64,000 nucleotides of DNA, from positions 16,595-80,594 of IMG/VR virus record IMGVR_UViG_3300028887_000102, one strand, 5' to 3'. Numbering within the stretch: position 1 is the first letter of the stretch; every line of letters begins with the position of its first letter. This document shows, piece by piece, positions 1 to 9,381 of this stretch. The notes under the pieces were generated by a model. The model searched no databases, had not been told where the DNA came from, and was given only the letters and a program-made list of their open reading frames with translations. Both the position numbers and the translations under genes were made by a program. Source of the DNA: a virus (lineage: Duplodnaviria; Caudoviricetes).

Positions 1-33
1 ACACAAAGTTCCGTCCATATCAATGGCGAGGAT

Positions 34-612
34 ATGCCCGTAATCGTCACGGATGATTATATCCTTATCGACGATTCCAGTGTAGGTGGCGATGAACCCG
101 AAAAGGCTAGAAAATTGCTTGAGATGTGGGCATCCGATAACCTTTACAATGCCGCCGATGTTGAAAGGGAAAATGATAATGTCACTCCCGATGATGACTA
201 CCCGATGCGAGTGGACATCGCAGATGGCAACACCTATTCGGTCAATAGTTTCTATCCATCTAGGGAACAAATGGCAAATGCCGTTGTTCACATTTGGAGT
301 GGTAGCGGATATGATACCGCAAAGTTCTATGTAAATGTCCGTGGCGGTGCGGAAAACATCTATGATGCCCTTGACACGGCAATCGTGATGGCTGAAAAAG
401 AAGCCCCAGAACTTTTACACGACCCTGCCGAAGTTGAAGCGGAAATGGCTAAAGATGGTCATTATAACCTTGAAACTGGCGAGAGCGACGCAATTTTTGA
501 CGAAACTTGGCTTTATGAAGATGCCACGATGATGGGTGCGAAGCAACCTTATTATATTTATGTTGAAAACTTTGGAGTTCTCCCGGTAAAGGGACCACTC
601 GCAGACAATTAA
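34..612 (+). CDS. Acidic hypothetical protein (possible virion-internal protein)
   Basis: 192-aa Asp/Glu-rich ORF, co-oriented with and 15 nt upstream of the 738-aa modular protein. Confidence 0.75.
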   Translation: MPVIVTDDYILIDDSSVGGDEPEKARKLLEMWASDNLYNAADVERENDNVTPDDDYPMRVDIADGNTYSVNSFYPSREQMANAVVHIWSGSGYDTAKFYVNVRGGAENIYDALDTAIVMAEKEAPELLHDPAEVEAEMAKDGHYNLETGESDAIFDETWLYEDATMMGAKQPYYIYVENFGVLPVKGPLADN

Positions 613-627
613 ACGGAGATATACATT

Positions 628-2844
628 ATGAACATCAAAGTTAAAGAAAATGCCGGTTCTTTTGAACAATCGTTTGCCAAGATGCTTGATAAAATCTATG
701 GCAACAATGGCAATGTCAAGGTGGAAGTAAAGAAGACCCACGATGGAACTCTTTACACGGTATTAAACGATTTCGACCAAGTGGACTTTTTGTTCAAGAC
801 CGATAAGGGAACAAAAGCCCCTACTTGCGATATTACCATTGGTGGTGATACGCTCTTTACGAAAACGGGAGAACCGAAGAAGAAAGTCAAGACATACTAT
901 GGCTTGTTTGATGAAGACCCAACCATTCTCCGTTCGTTCCAGCAAATTTTGCAGAAGTACATCGACGATGTGGACTTGGATTTGCCGTGGCTCCGCTTTG
1001 AAGAATCCAAGAAGAATGAAGAAAACGAAACGGAACTTTCCAAATTGGTTAAGGCTTATTGCCTTGCTACTGGTGGTAAAGATGCCGTTCCAGATAAAGT
1101 TGAAATGGTTGATAAGACCACAATCAACGATGACGGTGATGTTCTTCTTGAATTTAATTTTGAAAACGAAAAAGAAAATGGAACATCTGGTACAACCTAT
1201 GCACTTGTTTGTGGCGATTTGTACAATAATACGGACAAGGACTTGCTCTATTTCTTACACGATTGGCAGAGTGGCGAAAAGGTCACATCGGAAGATGTCT
1301 ATGACCACGATTGGGAATTGGCTAACGACGTGATTAGACCAAGTGAAATTCTCAAAGAATCCAATAAGTCCGAAGCCAAGCGAAACTACTACGGCTACGG
1401 CAAGGATGAACCGATTGACAAAGAAGACAATGACTTTATGTACCAAGTTGCTTTAGACTGGTTCACAAAGAAATTGCGTGGTAAACTCAAGGTGTATGCA
1501 GACCAAGCCGTGAACAAGGTCATCGACAAGGATATGGATTCCTACGAAGAAATTGAAACGATGGATGACTACTATGATTACTTGGAAAAGTATGGGCCGG
1601 ACATCGTTGAAGAAATCAAGAACGACCATGCCGATGAATCCAAGAAGTCCGAAGCGGATTATAGCACATCTCGCGTGAGCAAGTCCATCGCAGATGCATA
1701 CAAGTTGCTTGATGACTATTTCTGCGATAACAACGGTGCATTGAGAAGTGATGCAATCGACAAGATGTACACCACTTTCCGCAACGAAAGTGACTTGACG
1801 GCAAGAAGCAAGTCCAAGGCTACCAAGTCTCATAGTCTTGCTTGGGAAACGCTTATCCGTGAAATCAAGGCAACACTTGAATGGGATGATGAGTTCCCCC
1901 ATGCAACGAGCCTTACATCCGAACAAGTTAAGAACTGGTTCAAGTTGAAGGGCAGGGATTTCAAAGAAGACCTTAAACCGCTTGTGGATGCTATTGATGC
2001 TTACCGCAACAAGAAAGGAGAATCTATGAAGAATGAAGCGAACATTGAAGATTTGAGAAACAAATCTATCTCTCATGGTACGATGCGTTCCGAACACTTG
2101 ATACCGGAGTTCCTTGGAGTTCTCAAGATTTATGCACCGGACAAGTACAATGCTTATGTCAAGGCGAACCCGGAAGTTCTGGATTTGGATGGTCTTGACG
2201 ATGAAACCTTGGGCTACATTGTTGAAGAACTTTTTGATGCTCTCAATGACATCGCACCGGAAGGAACTTATTTTGGCGCACATCCGGGTGATGGTTCGGA
2301 CTACGGATTCTGGGAAGTAGAACCCGATGAATCCAAGAACAAGAATCCCGAATCCAAATGTGGCGATGGCAAGGATGACAAGGGCAAGAAGCCCGAAGAA
2401 TCTGCAAAGCCGGTAAAGAACATTCTTCGCCGCCGTTTTGAAGTTCTCACGAAATCCGTTCTCCATGCTTGCGATAAACTCGTTAAGGATGCATCTCTCG
2501 CAGGGGAATTTGATGATGAAGTCATCTATGCAGAAGATGCCGTGAAGAACGCCGTTGAATCGTTCAATGCTATGGGCGATGCCATCGTTCGTCTCAAGAC
2601 CGTTCTTGAAAGCCATAAGAACGAAGACAATATGGAAATCATCGGCATCTTGTCCGATGCGATTACCAAGATTGTAGCAGACGAGCAGGGCGATGAAACC
2701 GATGCTGCCACGGCTGGGGCAGATAGTGTCATTGACCAAGTTGAAAGGGAATATGGCAACGAACCCGAAAACGAACCGGAAGCGAATGGCGAAGAAAACG
2801 AAGCCCCTAGCCCTGCCGGTGCCGAAGCCCCCGATGAATTTTAA
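628..2844 (+). CDS. Large acidic modular protein with repeated ESxK[NS]E linkers (putative capsid-packaged polyprotein)
   Basis: 738-aa ORF; RBS GGAGA; linkers start at residues 126, 244, 337, 465, 568 and 661. Confidence 0.85.
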   Translation: MNIKVKENAGSFEQSFAKMLDKIYGNNGNVKVEVKKTHDGTLYTVLNDFDQVDFLFKTDKGTKAPTCDITIGGDTLFTKTGEPKKKVKTYYGLFDEDPTILRSFQQILQKYIDDVDLDLPWLRFEESKKNEENETELSKLVKAYCLATGGKDAVPDKVEMVDKTTINDDGDVLLEFNFENEKENGTSGTTYALVCGDLYNNTDKDLLYFLHDWQSGEKVTSEDVYDHDWELANDVIRPSEILKESNKSEAKRNYYGYGKDEPIDKEDNDFMYQVALDWFTKKLRGKLKVYADQAVNKVIDKDMDSYEEIETMDDYYDYLEKYGPDIVEEIKNDHADESKKSEADYSTSRVSKSIADAYKLLDDYFCDNNGALRSDAIDKMYTTFRNESDLTARSKSKATKSHSLAWETLIREIKATLEWDDEFPHATSLTSEQVKNWFKLKGRDFKEDLKPLVDAIDAYRNKKGESMKNEANIEDLRNKSISHGTMRSEHLIPEFLGVLKIYAPDKYNAYVKANPEVLDLDGLDDETLGYIVEELFDALNDIAPEGTYFGAHPGDGSDYGFWEVEPDESKNKNPESKCGDGKDDKGKKPEESAKPVKNILRRRFEVLTKSVLHACDKLVKDASLAGEFDDEVIYAEDAVKNAVESFNAMGDAIVRLKTVLESHKNEDNMEIIGILSDAITKIVADEQGDETDAATAGADSVIDQVEREYGNEPENEPEANGEENEAPSPAGAEAPDEF

Positions 2845-2868
2845 TTCATTTCCTTTGGGTTGAGTGAG

Positions 2869-2902
2869 AATCCCTGCCATATCGGTGACAGGGATTTTTT
2901 TT
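2869..2902 (+). terminator. Intrinsic terminator
   Basis: AATCCCTG...CAGGGATT stem followed by a T-run, after the stop at 2844. Confidence 0.8.
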
Positions 2903-2923
2903 ATAAAATTTTTATGAAAAGTA

Positions 2924-2952
2924 TTGACAAGTATGTGATATTTAGTTATATT
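2924..2952 (+). promoter_or_regulatory. Sigma70-type (early) promoter, copy 1
   Basis: TTGACA-17nt-TATATT with the conserved TGATATTTAGT spacer and an upstream A/T tract. Confidence 0.85.
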
Positions 2953-2999
2953 TAGGTAGGAAAGGTGGGAGAGCCACCACAACGAAAAGGAGTCAAGAT

Positions 3000-3143
3000 A
3001 TGTTCTGCAAGATTGATTTGGTCACGAAGAAAAGATGCTACAACTGCAAGAAAAGAGTCTTTTCCGGTGGATATGCTTGGATTTTCACAAGACTCCATTT
3101 CGTGTGCGAAGAATGTGGCAAACAATATGCAACCAACGACTAA
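3000..3143 (+). CDS. 47-aa zinc-finger microprotein
   Basis: MFCKIDLVTKKRCYNCKK...VCEECGKQY; RBS AAGGAG; not in the ORF track. Confidence 0.6.
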   Translation: MFCKIDLVTKKRCYNCKKRVFSGGYAWIFTRLHFVCEECGKQYATND

Positions 3144-3156
3144 AGGGGATAATCCA

Positions 3157-3435
3157 ATGGCTAACAAGATTACAAAAAGCATCACAAAGAATCTCATTGT
3201 TGAAATTCTTTCCAACATCCAATCGGAGATGACCTCGAAAGATTATGGTGCTAGGAACACTACCGGGTATGTAGCGATTGACGCTCTCCGTATGGCACTC
3301 GTCACCGAAAAGTTCCCCAACTCCATTGAGTATATGAATAAGGCTATCGGTTCGGTTAAGAAAGCCGGTTGTCAAGATAATCTTATGCGTTCTCTTGAGA
3401 CGATGAAATCTATCGTGGATGCCCAACAAAAATGA
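3157..3435 (+). CDS. Hypothetical protein
   Basis: ATG after AAAGGGGA RBS; start reassigned within the 2965..3435 ORF. Confidence 0.65.
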   Translation: MANKITKSITKNLIVEILSNIQSEMTSKDYGARNTTGYVAIDALRMALVTEKFPNSIEYMNKAIGSVKKAGCQDNLMRSLETMKSIVDAQQK

Positions 3436-3469
3436 ACTATGCCGTATGCAACGAATAAGGAAAACCATT

Positions 3470-4090
3470 ATGTCTAATAGCAACCTCAAACTTTTCTTGA
3501 ATATCAAATCGGGATTAGCCCCGATTCTCTATGATTATAAGACGGACAAGATTCTTGGTATGCAAACTAGCCGTCCGTCCGATGATTTCAACCCCGAAAC
3601 GATTACCGTCAATGGCGTCGTGTGGATGGCAGAGAACCTTTCCGTCACGGATAGCAAGGATGGGGCTTACTGGTCCGATAAGACCCACGAATGCTATTAC
3701 ACAAGGGATGGGATGCTCCGCATCGTCAAGAATCTTGAGGGATGGCATATCCCGACACACAAGGAATGGGGCGAACTCATTCTAGCAAAGGGTGCTTATC
3801 CGATTGATGACCCGACACACCAAGGGCAGCAGGGATTCTATACCGGGGGCAGGGCTATTCGCAACGACTTGAAGATTGCCACAATCGGAAGTTGGTACGG
3901 AGAAAAAACCGGTGGTGTCACATATCAAAGCGAGTTCGTCACATTCGCTACTAGAACAAGCATTGACGAGCATTCGTATGAAGCGATGACTTTCTATAAC
4001 GATTGCCACTATATGTCTGGCGATACCATCCGCAGGGAAAAGGAATGCAACTGGGTTGGTGTTGCCGTGAGACTTGTCAAGGATTATTAA
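3470..4090 (+). CDS. Fibrobacter succinogenes major paralogous domain (Fib_succ_major/FISUMP-like) protein
   Basis: TITVNGVVWMAENL ... GWHIPTHKEWGEL ... AVRLVKD motifs match the family pattern. Confidence 0.75.
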   Translation: MSNSNLKLFLNIKSGLAPILYDYKTDKILGMQTSRPSDDFNPETITVNGVVWMAENLSVTDSKDGAYWSDKTHECYYTRDGMLRIVKNLEGWHIPTHKEWGELILAKGAYPIDDPTHQGQQGFYTGGRAIRNDLKIATIGSWYGEKTGGVTYQSEFVTFATRTSIDEHSYEAMTFYNDCHYMSGDTIRREKECNWVGVAVRLVKDY

Positions 4091-4100
4091 AGGAGACCTA

Positions 4101-4475
4101 ATGAAAGTCGATTATCCGTTCTATTCTATTGAAATTACCGGCAGACATTCATCGTATAGCATCGCCCCACGCGATGTATCTGCCGTGTACTCCCATTGTC
4201 ACGCATTCGGCACAACGAGTGTATATAGCAAAAACCAGAAAACCAAGTTATACCATCAATTTGACGAAGACTTGTACAAGGATTTGAAAGATGTTGAAGA
4301 ACACTATCCCCAAGATACTTGGCTCTCTATCACATTCTACGGCAAAGCTCTCAATGAACGAGAGACCTACGAAGCAAGTTGCGAAAACGGCTACTATTGC
4401 CCTGCATTGAGTATGAGCATCATCCGATATGTCTTGGATTTCGTCAAGGACAATCTTTTATTGGAGAAACCATAA
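4101..4475 (+). CDS. Hypothetical protein
   Basis: AAGGAG RBS; tightly packed with neighbours. Confidence 0.7.
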   Translation: MKVDYPFYSIEITGRHSSYSIAPRDVSAVYSHCHAFGTTSVYSKNQKTKLYHQFDEDLYKDLKDVEEHYPQDTWLSITFYGKALNERETYEASCENGYYCPALSMSIIRYVLDFVKDNLLLEKP

Positions 4476-5062
4476 TGTATAATGCTATCTATGCTCTTTA
4501 TGGAACGGGGGGTCGTGTTATCCAGTATTTTGATAATATGGATGCCGCAGAAAAATGGGTTTGGGATAAGGTTAATGAGAAACCCCGTGTTTCCTTGGAT
4601 ATTGACGAATTGAAGTTTTTTGCTAATATCAAGTACACCATCGTATTGGAGCATACACCGGACATCATCACGGATTTCAAGAAGTCCTTGGAATCAATCA
4701 ATCCGCTACTTACATTTCCGGGGTTTGCTTTCAATATCAAGACCGATGGCAATGCTAATTACTACAATGAACTCCGTGAATGCATCGACAAAGCGGCAAG
4801 CAAGATTACCGGGTACACGACATCATCTTATAGTGGTTTCGGATGCCCCGATGGTTCTATGACAAATAGTATTACGGCTGGCGATAAAGTAAGGCATAGC
4901 AGGGTAGATTCTTGGATTGAACCTAAAGATTCGCCATTCCCAATTTTCAAACTAGACAACCCGATTCCCGAAGATAGGCAAGAGTTCCTTTACATCGTGG
5001 CAAAGGTGGCAAACCCAAATTCATTCAAGACCAAGGAATTTGAAAGACGATTCCATATCTAG
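4475..5062 (+). CDS. Hypothetical protein
   Basis: TAATG stop/start overlap; GGAG RBS. Confidence 0.7.
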   Translation: MYNAIYALYGTGGRVIQYFDNMDAAEKWVWDKVNEKPRVSLDIDELKFFANIKYTIVLEHTPDIITDFKKSLESINPLLTFPGFAFNIKTDGNANYYNELRECIDKAASKITGYTTSSYSGFGCPDGSMTNSITAGDKVRHSRVDSWIEPKDSPFPIFKLDNPIPEDRQEFLYIVAKVANPNSFKTKEFERRFHI

Positions 5063-5110
5063 TTGAGTTTGATTAAATTGTTGATAAGTTGCCATAAAAA
5101 AAACAAAAAT

Positions 5111-5145
5111 AGCCCTTGGTCCAGTTGCCAAGGGCTTTTTCTTTT
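5111..5145 (+). terminator. Intrinsic terminator (probably bidirectional)
   Basis: AGCCCTTGG/CCAAGGGCT stem, downstream T-run, upstream A-run. Confidence 0.85.
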
Positions 5146-5278
5146 ACTATGATTGCAGATATAACAAAATATCACAAAGATATTACATAATTATCAACAA
5201 TTTATACCCCGACCGATAAAGCCGGTAAGGTTTTTTATTATATTCACAAATAGATATATCTAAAAGGAGTTAAACTCT

Positions 5279-6394
5279 ATGAATCTTACCGAATCCGCAA
5301 AGACCAAACTTTGGCAGGACATCGCATCCGGGATGAACAAGGCTTTCGGTTGCGACATTGGCGAAGCGTTCCATATTAACCAGTACAAGACCGGTTCGGT
5401 TCGCTTCACGGAATCCTTGGATGCAGGGGCTACTGCATCCGCTATCCAGGTGCTTGAAAGTGCATCTCCCGCAATTACGAAAGTCCGTATGACCCCGATT
5501 GCAAACGGCTATGAATCCGTATATGCTATTGACATTGACTTTAACCCTGCCATTGCAGAATCTTTCTATTCCGATGGCAAGAATACTCTTGCATCCATTG
5601 AAAAGGATGGCAAGAAGTATGTTGTACATAACGATGGCTCTGCCACCGAAGTTCAAGACCCCGACAAGTATGTAGATAACCTTAACAAGTCCACCGGTTC
5701 TAGGTTCAAGAAAGAATCCAAGGACGGACTTGAAGATGTGGTCAAACTCGCAAATGAAGCTCTGCAAGATACTGGGGTTTCCGTTGAACTCAACGAAAAG
5801 AAACTCATTCTTCGTGGTTCGGAAAGTCTTTTGAAACCGACCCAGAAGTATTTGCCGGCTATCGGCTACGATAGAGACACCATTGAGGGTGGCTATAACC
5901 CGGAATCGGGAGACCTTACCGTTGATATTCCCGACTACGCAAGTGACCTTGAAATGGAACTCTTGAGAACTTTCCTTGTTAATGCCGTGAACTATGTCAT
6001 CGACCAAGTTGAAAGCACACCTTGCTCCGAAGATGACGAATGGTGCAATGCCTACGCAGAAGCCGAACCCGATGAATCCTATGTGAGCAAACTGGCATAC
6101 AAGGGCGAATCTTTTGTGGGCAACGACAAGAAGAAAATCGCAACCCTTATCAAATCGGTGTGTGCCGAAGATTTTGAAAAGGGTAAGGAACTCGCAGAAC
6201 GATATATGGGCAAGAAACTTTGCGAACAGTTGCTCATCGCTCCCAAGGGTTCAAAGATTACCGAGAGTAAGAAAACGGCTCCCATCCTTGACGATGAAAT
6301 GACCTTGCTTGACAAGATGCACGAATCGGCAATGGCGGTAGCCCCCGAACATCGAACGGATTTGAAATCCCTCGTTGAAAAAAATGTAATGTAA
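5279..6394 (+). CDS. ES-motif-rich acidic protein (putative prohead core/internal head protein)
   Basis: 371 aa; many x-E-S sites (LTESAK, FTESLD, IAESFY, KKESKD, KGESFV, ITESKK, MHESAM); directly upstream of the sheath gene. Confidence 0.6.
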   Translation: MNLTESAKTKLWQDIASGMNKAFGCDIGEAFHINQYKTGSVRFTESLDAGATASAIQVLESASPAITKVRMTPIANGYESVYAIDIDFNPAIAESFYSDGKNTLASIEKDGKKYVVHNDGSATEVQDPDKYVDNLNKSTGSRFKKESKDGLEDVVKLANEALQDTGVSVELNEKKLILRGSESLLKPTQKYLPAIGYDRDTIEGGYNPESGDLTVDIPDYASDLEMELLRTFLVNAVNYVIDQVESTPCSEDDEWCNAYAEAEPDESYVSKLAYKGESFVGNDKKKIATLIKSVCAEDFEKGKELAERYMGKKLCEQLLIAPKGSKITESKKTAPILDDEMTLLDKMHESAMAVAPEHRTDLKSLVEKNVM

Positions 6395-6409
6395 AAAAGG
6401 AGACCAACA

Positions 6410-8692
6410 ATGCCTATTAACGATTCCGCTGGTGTTGGCGTATATCTTATTGACAAGTCGCAGAGGGCTTCCGTTGCTATCGGCTTCCGTTCCGCAGGAG
6501 CCATAGAAGCCGATAGGGGTCTCTGCAATACTCCCACCTTGATTTCCAGTGAAGCCGACTATGTAAAGATTTTCGGTTCTCCTAGTATGGAACGCCACGG
6601 ACTTGCCGCGATGGAAGCATATATGCTTGCCCAGCGAAAAGTTCCGCAGGTTCTTACAAGAGCAAAGAACCCGATGCTTACCCCGAATGACAATGTATTC
6701 GGCATGGTCAAATTCTTTATTGAAGACGGCAAGTTGAAGATTGACACCACGTCCCCGGCAACGGCTATCGTGGCACCGGTTGAAGAAAACGAATCCTTGC
6801 TCTTTTTCAAGGGCGAGGGTACATACCCGAAGAAACAGCCGGATGAAAGTGAACTTGTTCCGCGCAATTCTTCCAACATCGTTCTTCGTTTTAGCGAACC
6901 CATTACCCAGTCCGCTTATGCTACATCCGGTAGAACTCTCCGTGTGCAAGTCTATGACTTTGATGGTGCGAACCACATTGACAAGGACACCCACGCAGAA
7001 CTTGCATTCAACCCGGATGTAAGTAGCCTTATTGATGCCGATGGCAAGTTCAAGTTGGACGGCTACAAGGTTGGCCCGGAAGATGTTTCGGGTTCGGGTC
7101 TTGACACCCTGCCCGTAAAAATCACGGCTTTCGTCAATGGTCGTTCTTACCAGAAAATCTTTGATTACAATTCCATTGATGCTAATGGCATCTACGAATG
7201 GATTAAGACGGTTGTTTGCCAAGTTGAAGACTCTAGCAACAACCCGATAATCAAAGAAGACTGGATGCAGTATGTGCCGAACGATAGTTCCGCAAACGAT
7301 GGTCTTGGCGAAGGTGGCTACTATCTTCTTGACTCCCGCGAAGAAGACAAGGGATATGCCCAGCAACTCAACTGTTTTGGTCTTTCCGTCACTATCACGA
7401 TTGAAGCGATTCTTCCGATTTCCGAAGAAGACGAACCGGGTCATCGTAAGCTCTCCGCAGGGTTCTACGGCTATCCGTGTGGTAGCGTGAATGTGACCAA
7501 GCAGAACAACCAAGGTTCTATTACCTACTCTGCAAAGTTCAACATTAGTACGAACTTGTATCTCAAGAATCGCACCGACTATATGTATATGGGTCCGCAG
7601 AACTCCTACTGGGCTTCTTACTACCAGACCTATTGCAAGGATGATGCGGTTGTAAGTTTCTCGTATGACGATTACGATGCAAACTACATTACGATGCAGG
7701 CTGATGCCGTTCTCAACGGCTCTAACTATGTTGTACCGAAGTCTAGCGAAACCTTTGGCGATTACAGAATTGACTACGCCACGGATGAAATCACAACGAA
7801 GTTGCACTACTTTGAGGGCGAGATTGAAGAAAATACAATCGCCATCGCCCAGAAGTCCCATGCATACTCCATTGTTCTGCAAAACTTGCTTGCGGACAAC
7901 CTTGTTCGTTGGCGTTGCCTTGCAACTCCGAACCTTGGTGACGTGATGATTCAAGCGGACTTTATTGAAGCCATTACCAAAGCGGAAGAATCCACTCTTG
8001 GTATCTCCAATATCGGTCGCGCCGCATCTACCAATGTCTTCGGTACTGGCAATATGGGTGGCCGTCACGGCAACCGCTTCATCGCAGACTATGCCCAATA
8101 TGCTTATCGCACTCTTGCCGGTAAGAGAACCGCAGTCACGATGGCAAGCCTTGTCACGGACTTGCTCAACACCCACTACAACGAGGGTATTGAAGCCCGC
8201 CCGCCGTTTGGCTACAACTACGGACAAATTACTTGTTTGTCCTTGTCGCAGCAATACTCCGGGGCAGAGCGTAATATTCTTGCTCGTCAGTACAAGATTA
8301 ACCCGGTCATTGAAGATGGTGGCTTCTTTATTTGGGAAGAAAGAACATCTCAAATTACCGACACCTCGCTTTCGGACATCCATAGCATCATTTCGTTTAT
8401 CTGGATGAAGTTTGCTATCTACGATGCAATGAAAGCATTCGTTGCCGAATACAACGATGAAGAAACGGTTAATCGTGGTCTCGCAGTCTTGAACCAGTTG
8501 AACCAAACATTCATTACTCGCAAATACATTGAAGAAGGCATCGTCTCTGCCGATAAGAATGTCATCGGCGATGAAGTTCTCCGCTTTGACTATGCCGTAA
8601 GATTCAAGGGTGTTGCCCGCTTTGTGGATGTTTACATCACCGCTTACAGCCAGACTCAAACTCTTGCCGTAAGCCTTGCAGAGGAGGCTTAA
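6410..8692 (+). CDS. Contractile tail sheath protein
   Basis: 760 aa; N-terminal GVGVYLIDKS; C-terminal YKINPVIEDGGFFIWEERT...AFVAEYNDEET...VRFKGVARFVDVYIT is typical of gp18-like sheaths. Confidence 0.85.
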   Translation: MPINDSAGVGVYLIDKSQRASVAIGFRSAGAIEADRGLCNTPTLISSEADYVKIFGSPSMERHGLAAMEAYMLAQRKVPQVLTRAKNPMLTPNDNVFGMVKFFIEDGKLKIDTTSPATAIVAPVEENESLLFFKGEGTYPKKQPDESELVPRNSSNIVLRFSEPITQSAYATSGRTLRVQVYDFDGANHIDKDTHAELAFNPDVSSLIDADGKFKLDGYKVGPEDVSGSGLDTLPVKITAFVNGRSYQKIFDYNSIDANGIYEWIKTVVCQVEDSSNNPIIKEDWMQYVPNDSSANDGLGEGGYYLLDSREEDKGYAQQLNCFGLSVTITIEAILPISEEDEPGHRKLSAGFYGYPCGSVNVTKQNNQGSITYSAKFNISTNLYLKNRTDYMYMGPQNSYWASYYQTYCKDDAVVSFSYDDYDANYITMQADAVLNGSNYVVPKSSETFGDYRIDYATDEITTKLHYFEGEIEENTIAIAQKSHAYSIVLQNLLADNLVRWRCLATPNLGDVMIQADFIEAITKAEESTLGISNIGRAASTNVFGTGNMGGRHGNRFIADYAQYAYRTLAGKRTAVTMASLVTDLLNTHYNEGIEARPPFGYNYGQITCLSLSQQYSGAERNILARQYKINPVIEDGGFFIWEERTSQITDTSLSDIHSIISFIWMKFAIYDAMKAFVAEYNDEETVNRGLAVLNQLNQTFITRKYIEEGIVSADKNVIGDEVLRFDYAVRFKGVARFVDVYITAYSQTQTLAVSLAEEA

Positions 8693-8695
8693 AAT

Positions 8696-9301
8696 ATGCC
8701 GCAGAATGTCAGACTTTCGGAACTCTTGGGCGAAAACTTTAAAGCCTACAACTATATGGTTTCGTCTAACTGGCGAATCGACTTTAGCAACTGTCGTGAG
8801 TTGGTTGAGTTGATTAAGAATGCCCCACAAGGAGACTCATCCATTGGGGCATCCGTGCCGGAGCAGATGTCTTTTGCTTGCCATTCCAATTTCCAATTTG
8901 AATTGGATGTTGAATATGCGGAAGCCGAAGTCAAGGGTATGCATATCTCTCAAGCCGCTTGGCAAGACCGATTCATTGAATCCCAAGACATTGACATCTA
9001 TGAAAGCATGGACCATAGAATCTTCAAGGCTCTCGTCACGGCAGCCAACAACACGGCCGGCTACTATGAGCATAGGAACATCAATGACAAGAAAGAATAT
9101 ACTTTCTCCGGCATTACCGTTCAAGCTCTTGGCAACTCGTCTGGTGGTGGCGAACCGTCTTCGGAACTTGTCTATACACTCCTTGGTGTGCAGATTAACA
9201 CCGTGCAGTCTCCCGAATACACATCGGATTCCGCAGAAATCGGCTCCGTGAAGTTGAACATCCGCGCACACGGATGGGCAATCGTGGACGGCAAGACCTA
9301 A
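8696..9301 (+). CDS. Tail tube protein (putative)
   Basis: 201 aa, immediately after the sheath; predicted beta-rich; followed by a terminator. Confidence 0.7.
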   Translation: MPQNVRLSELLGENFKAYNYMVSSNWRIDFSNCRELVELIKNAPQGDSSIGASVPEQMSFACHSNFQFELDVEYAEAEVKGMHISQAAWQDRFIESQDIDIYESMDHRIFKALVTAANNTAGYYEHRNINDKKEYTFSGITVQALGNSSGGGEPSSELVYTLLGVQINTVQSPEYTSDSAEIGSVKLNIRAHGWAIVDGKT

Positions 9302-9328
9302 TCGGTGTCCGAGCCTTAAATAAGACTA

Positions 9329-9370
9329 CTCCTTGGCGATGCTCGTTTGCTCACCAAGGAGTTTTTATTT
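9329..9370 (+). terminator. Intrinsic terminator after sheath and tube genes
   Basis: CTCCTTGG...CCAAGGAG stem followed by TTTTTATTT. Confidence 0.7.
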
Positions 9371-9381
9371 ATATTGTAGAT

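Noticed and set aside
1453-8830. Long minus-strand ORFs (1453..2982, 5270..6007, 6251..8830)
   Set aside because: Antisense shadows of the real plus-strand genes; no RBS or recognisable motifs.
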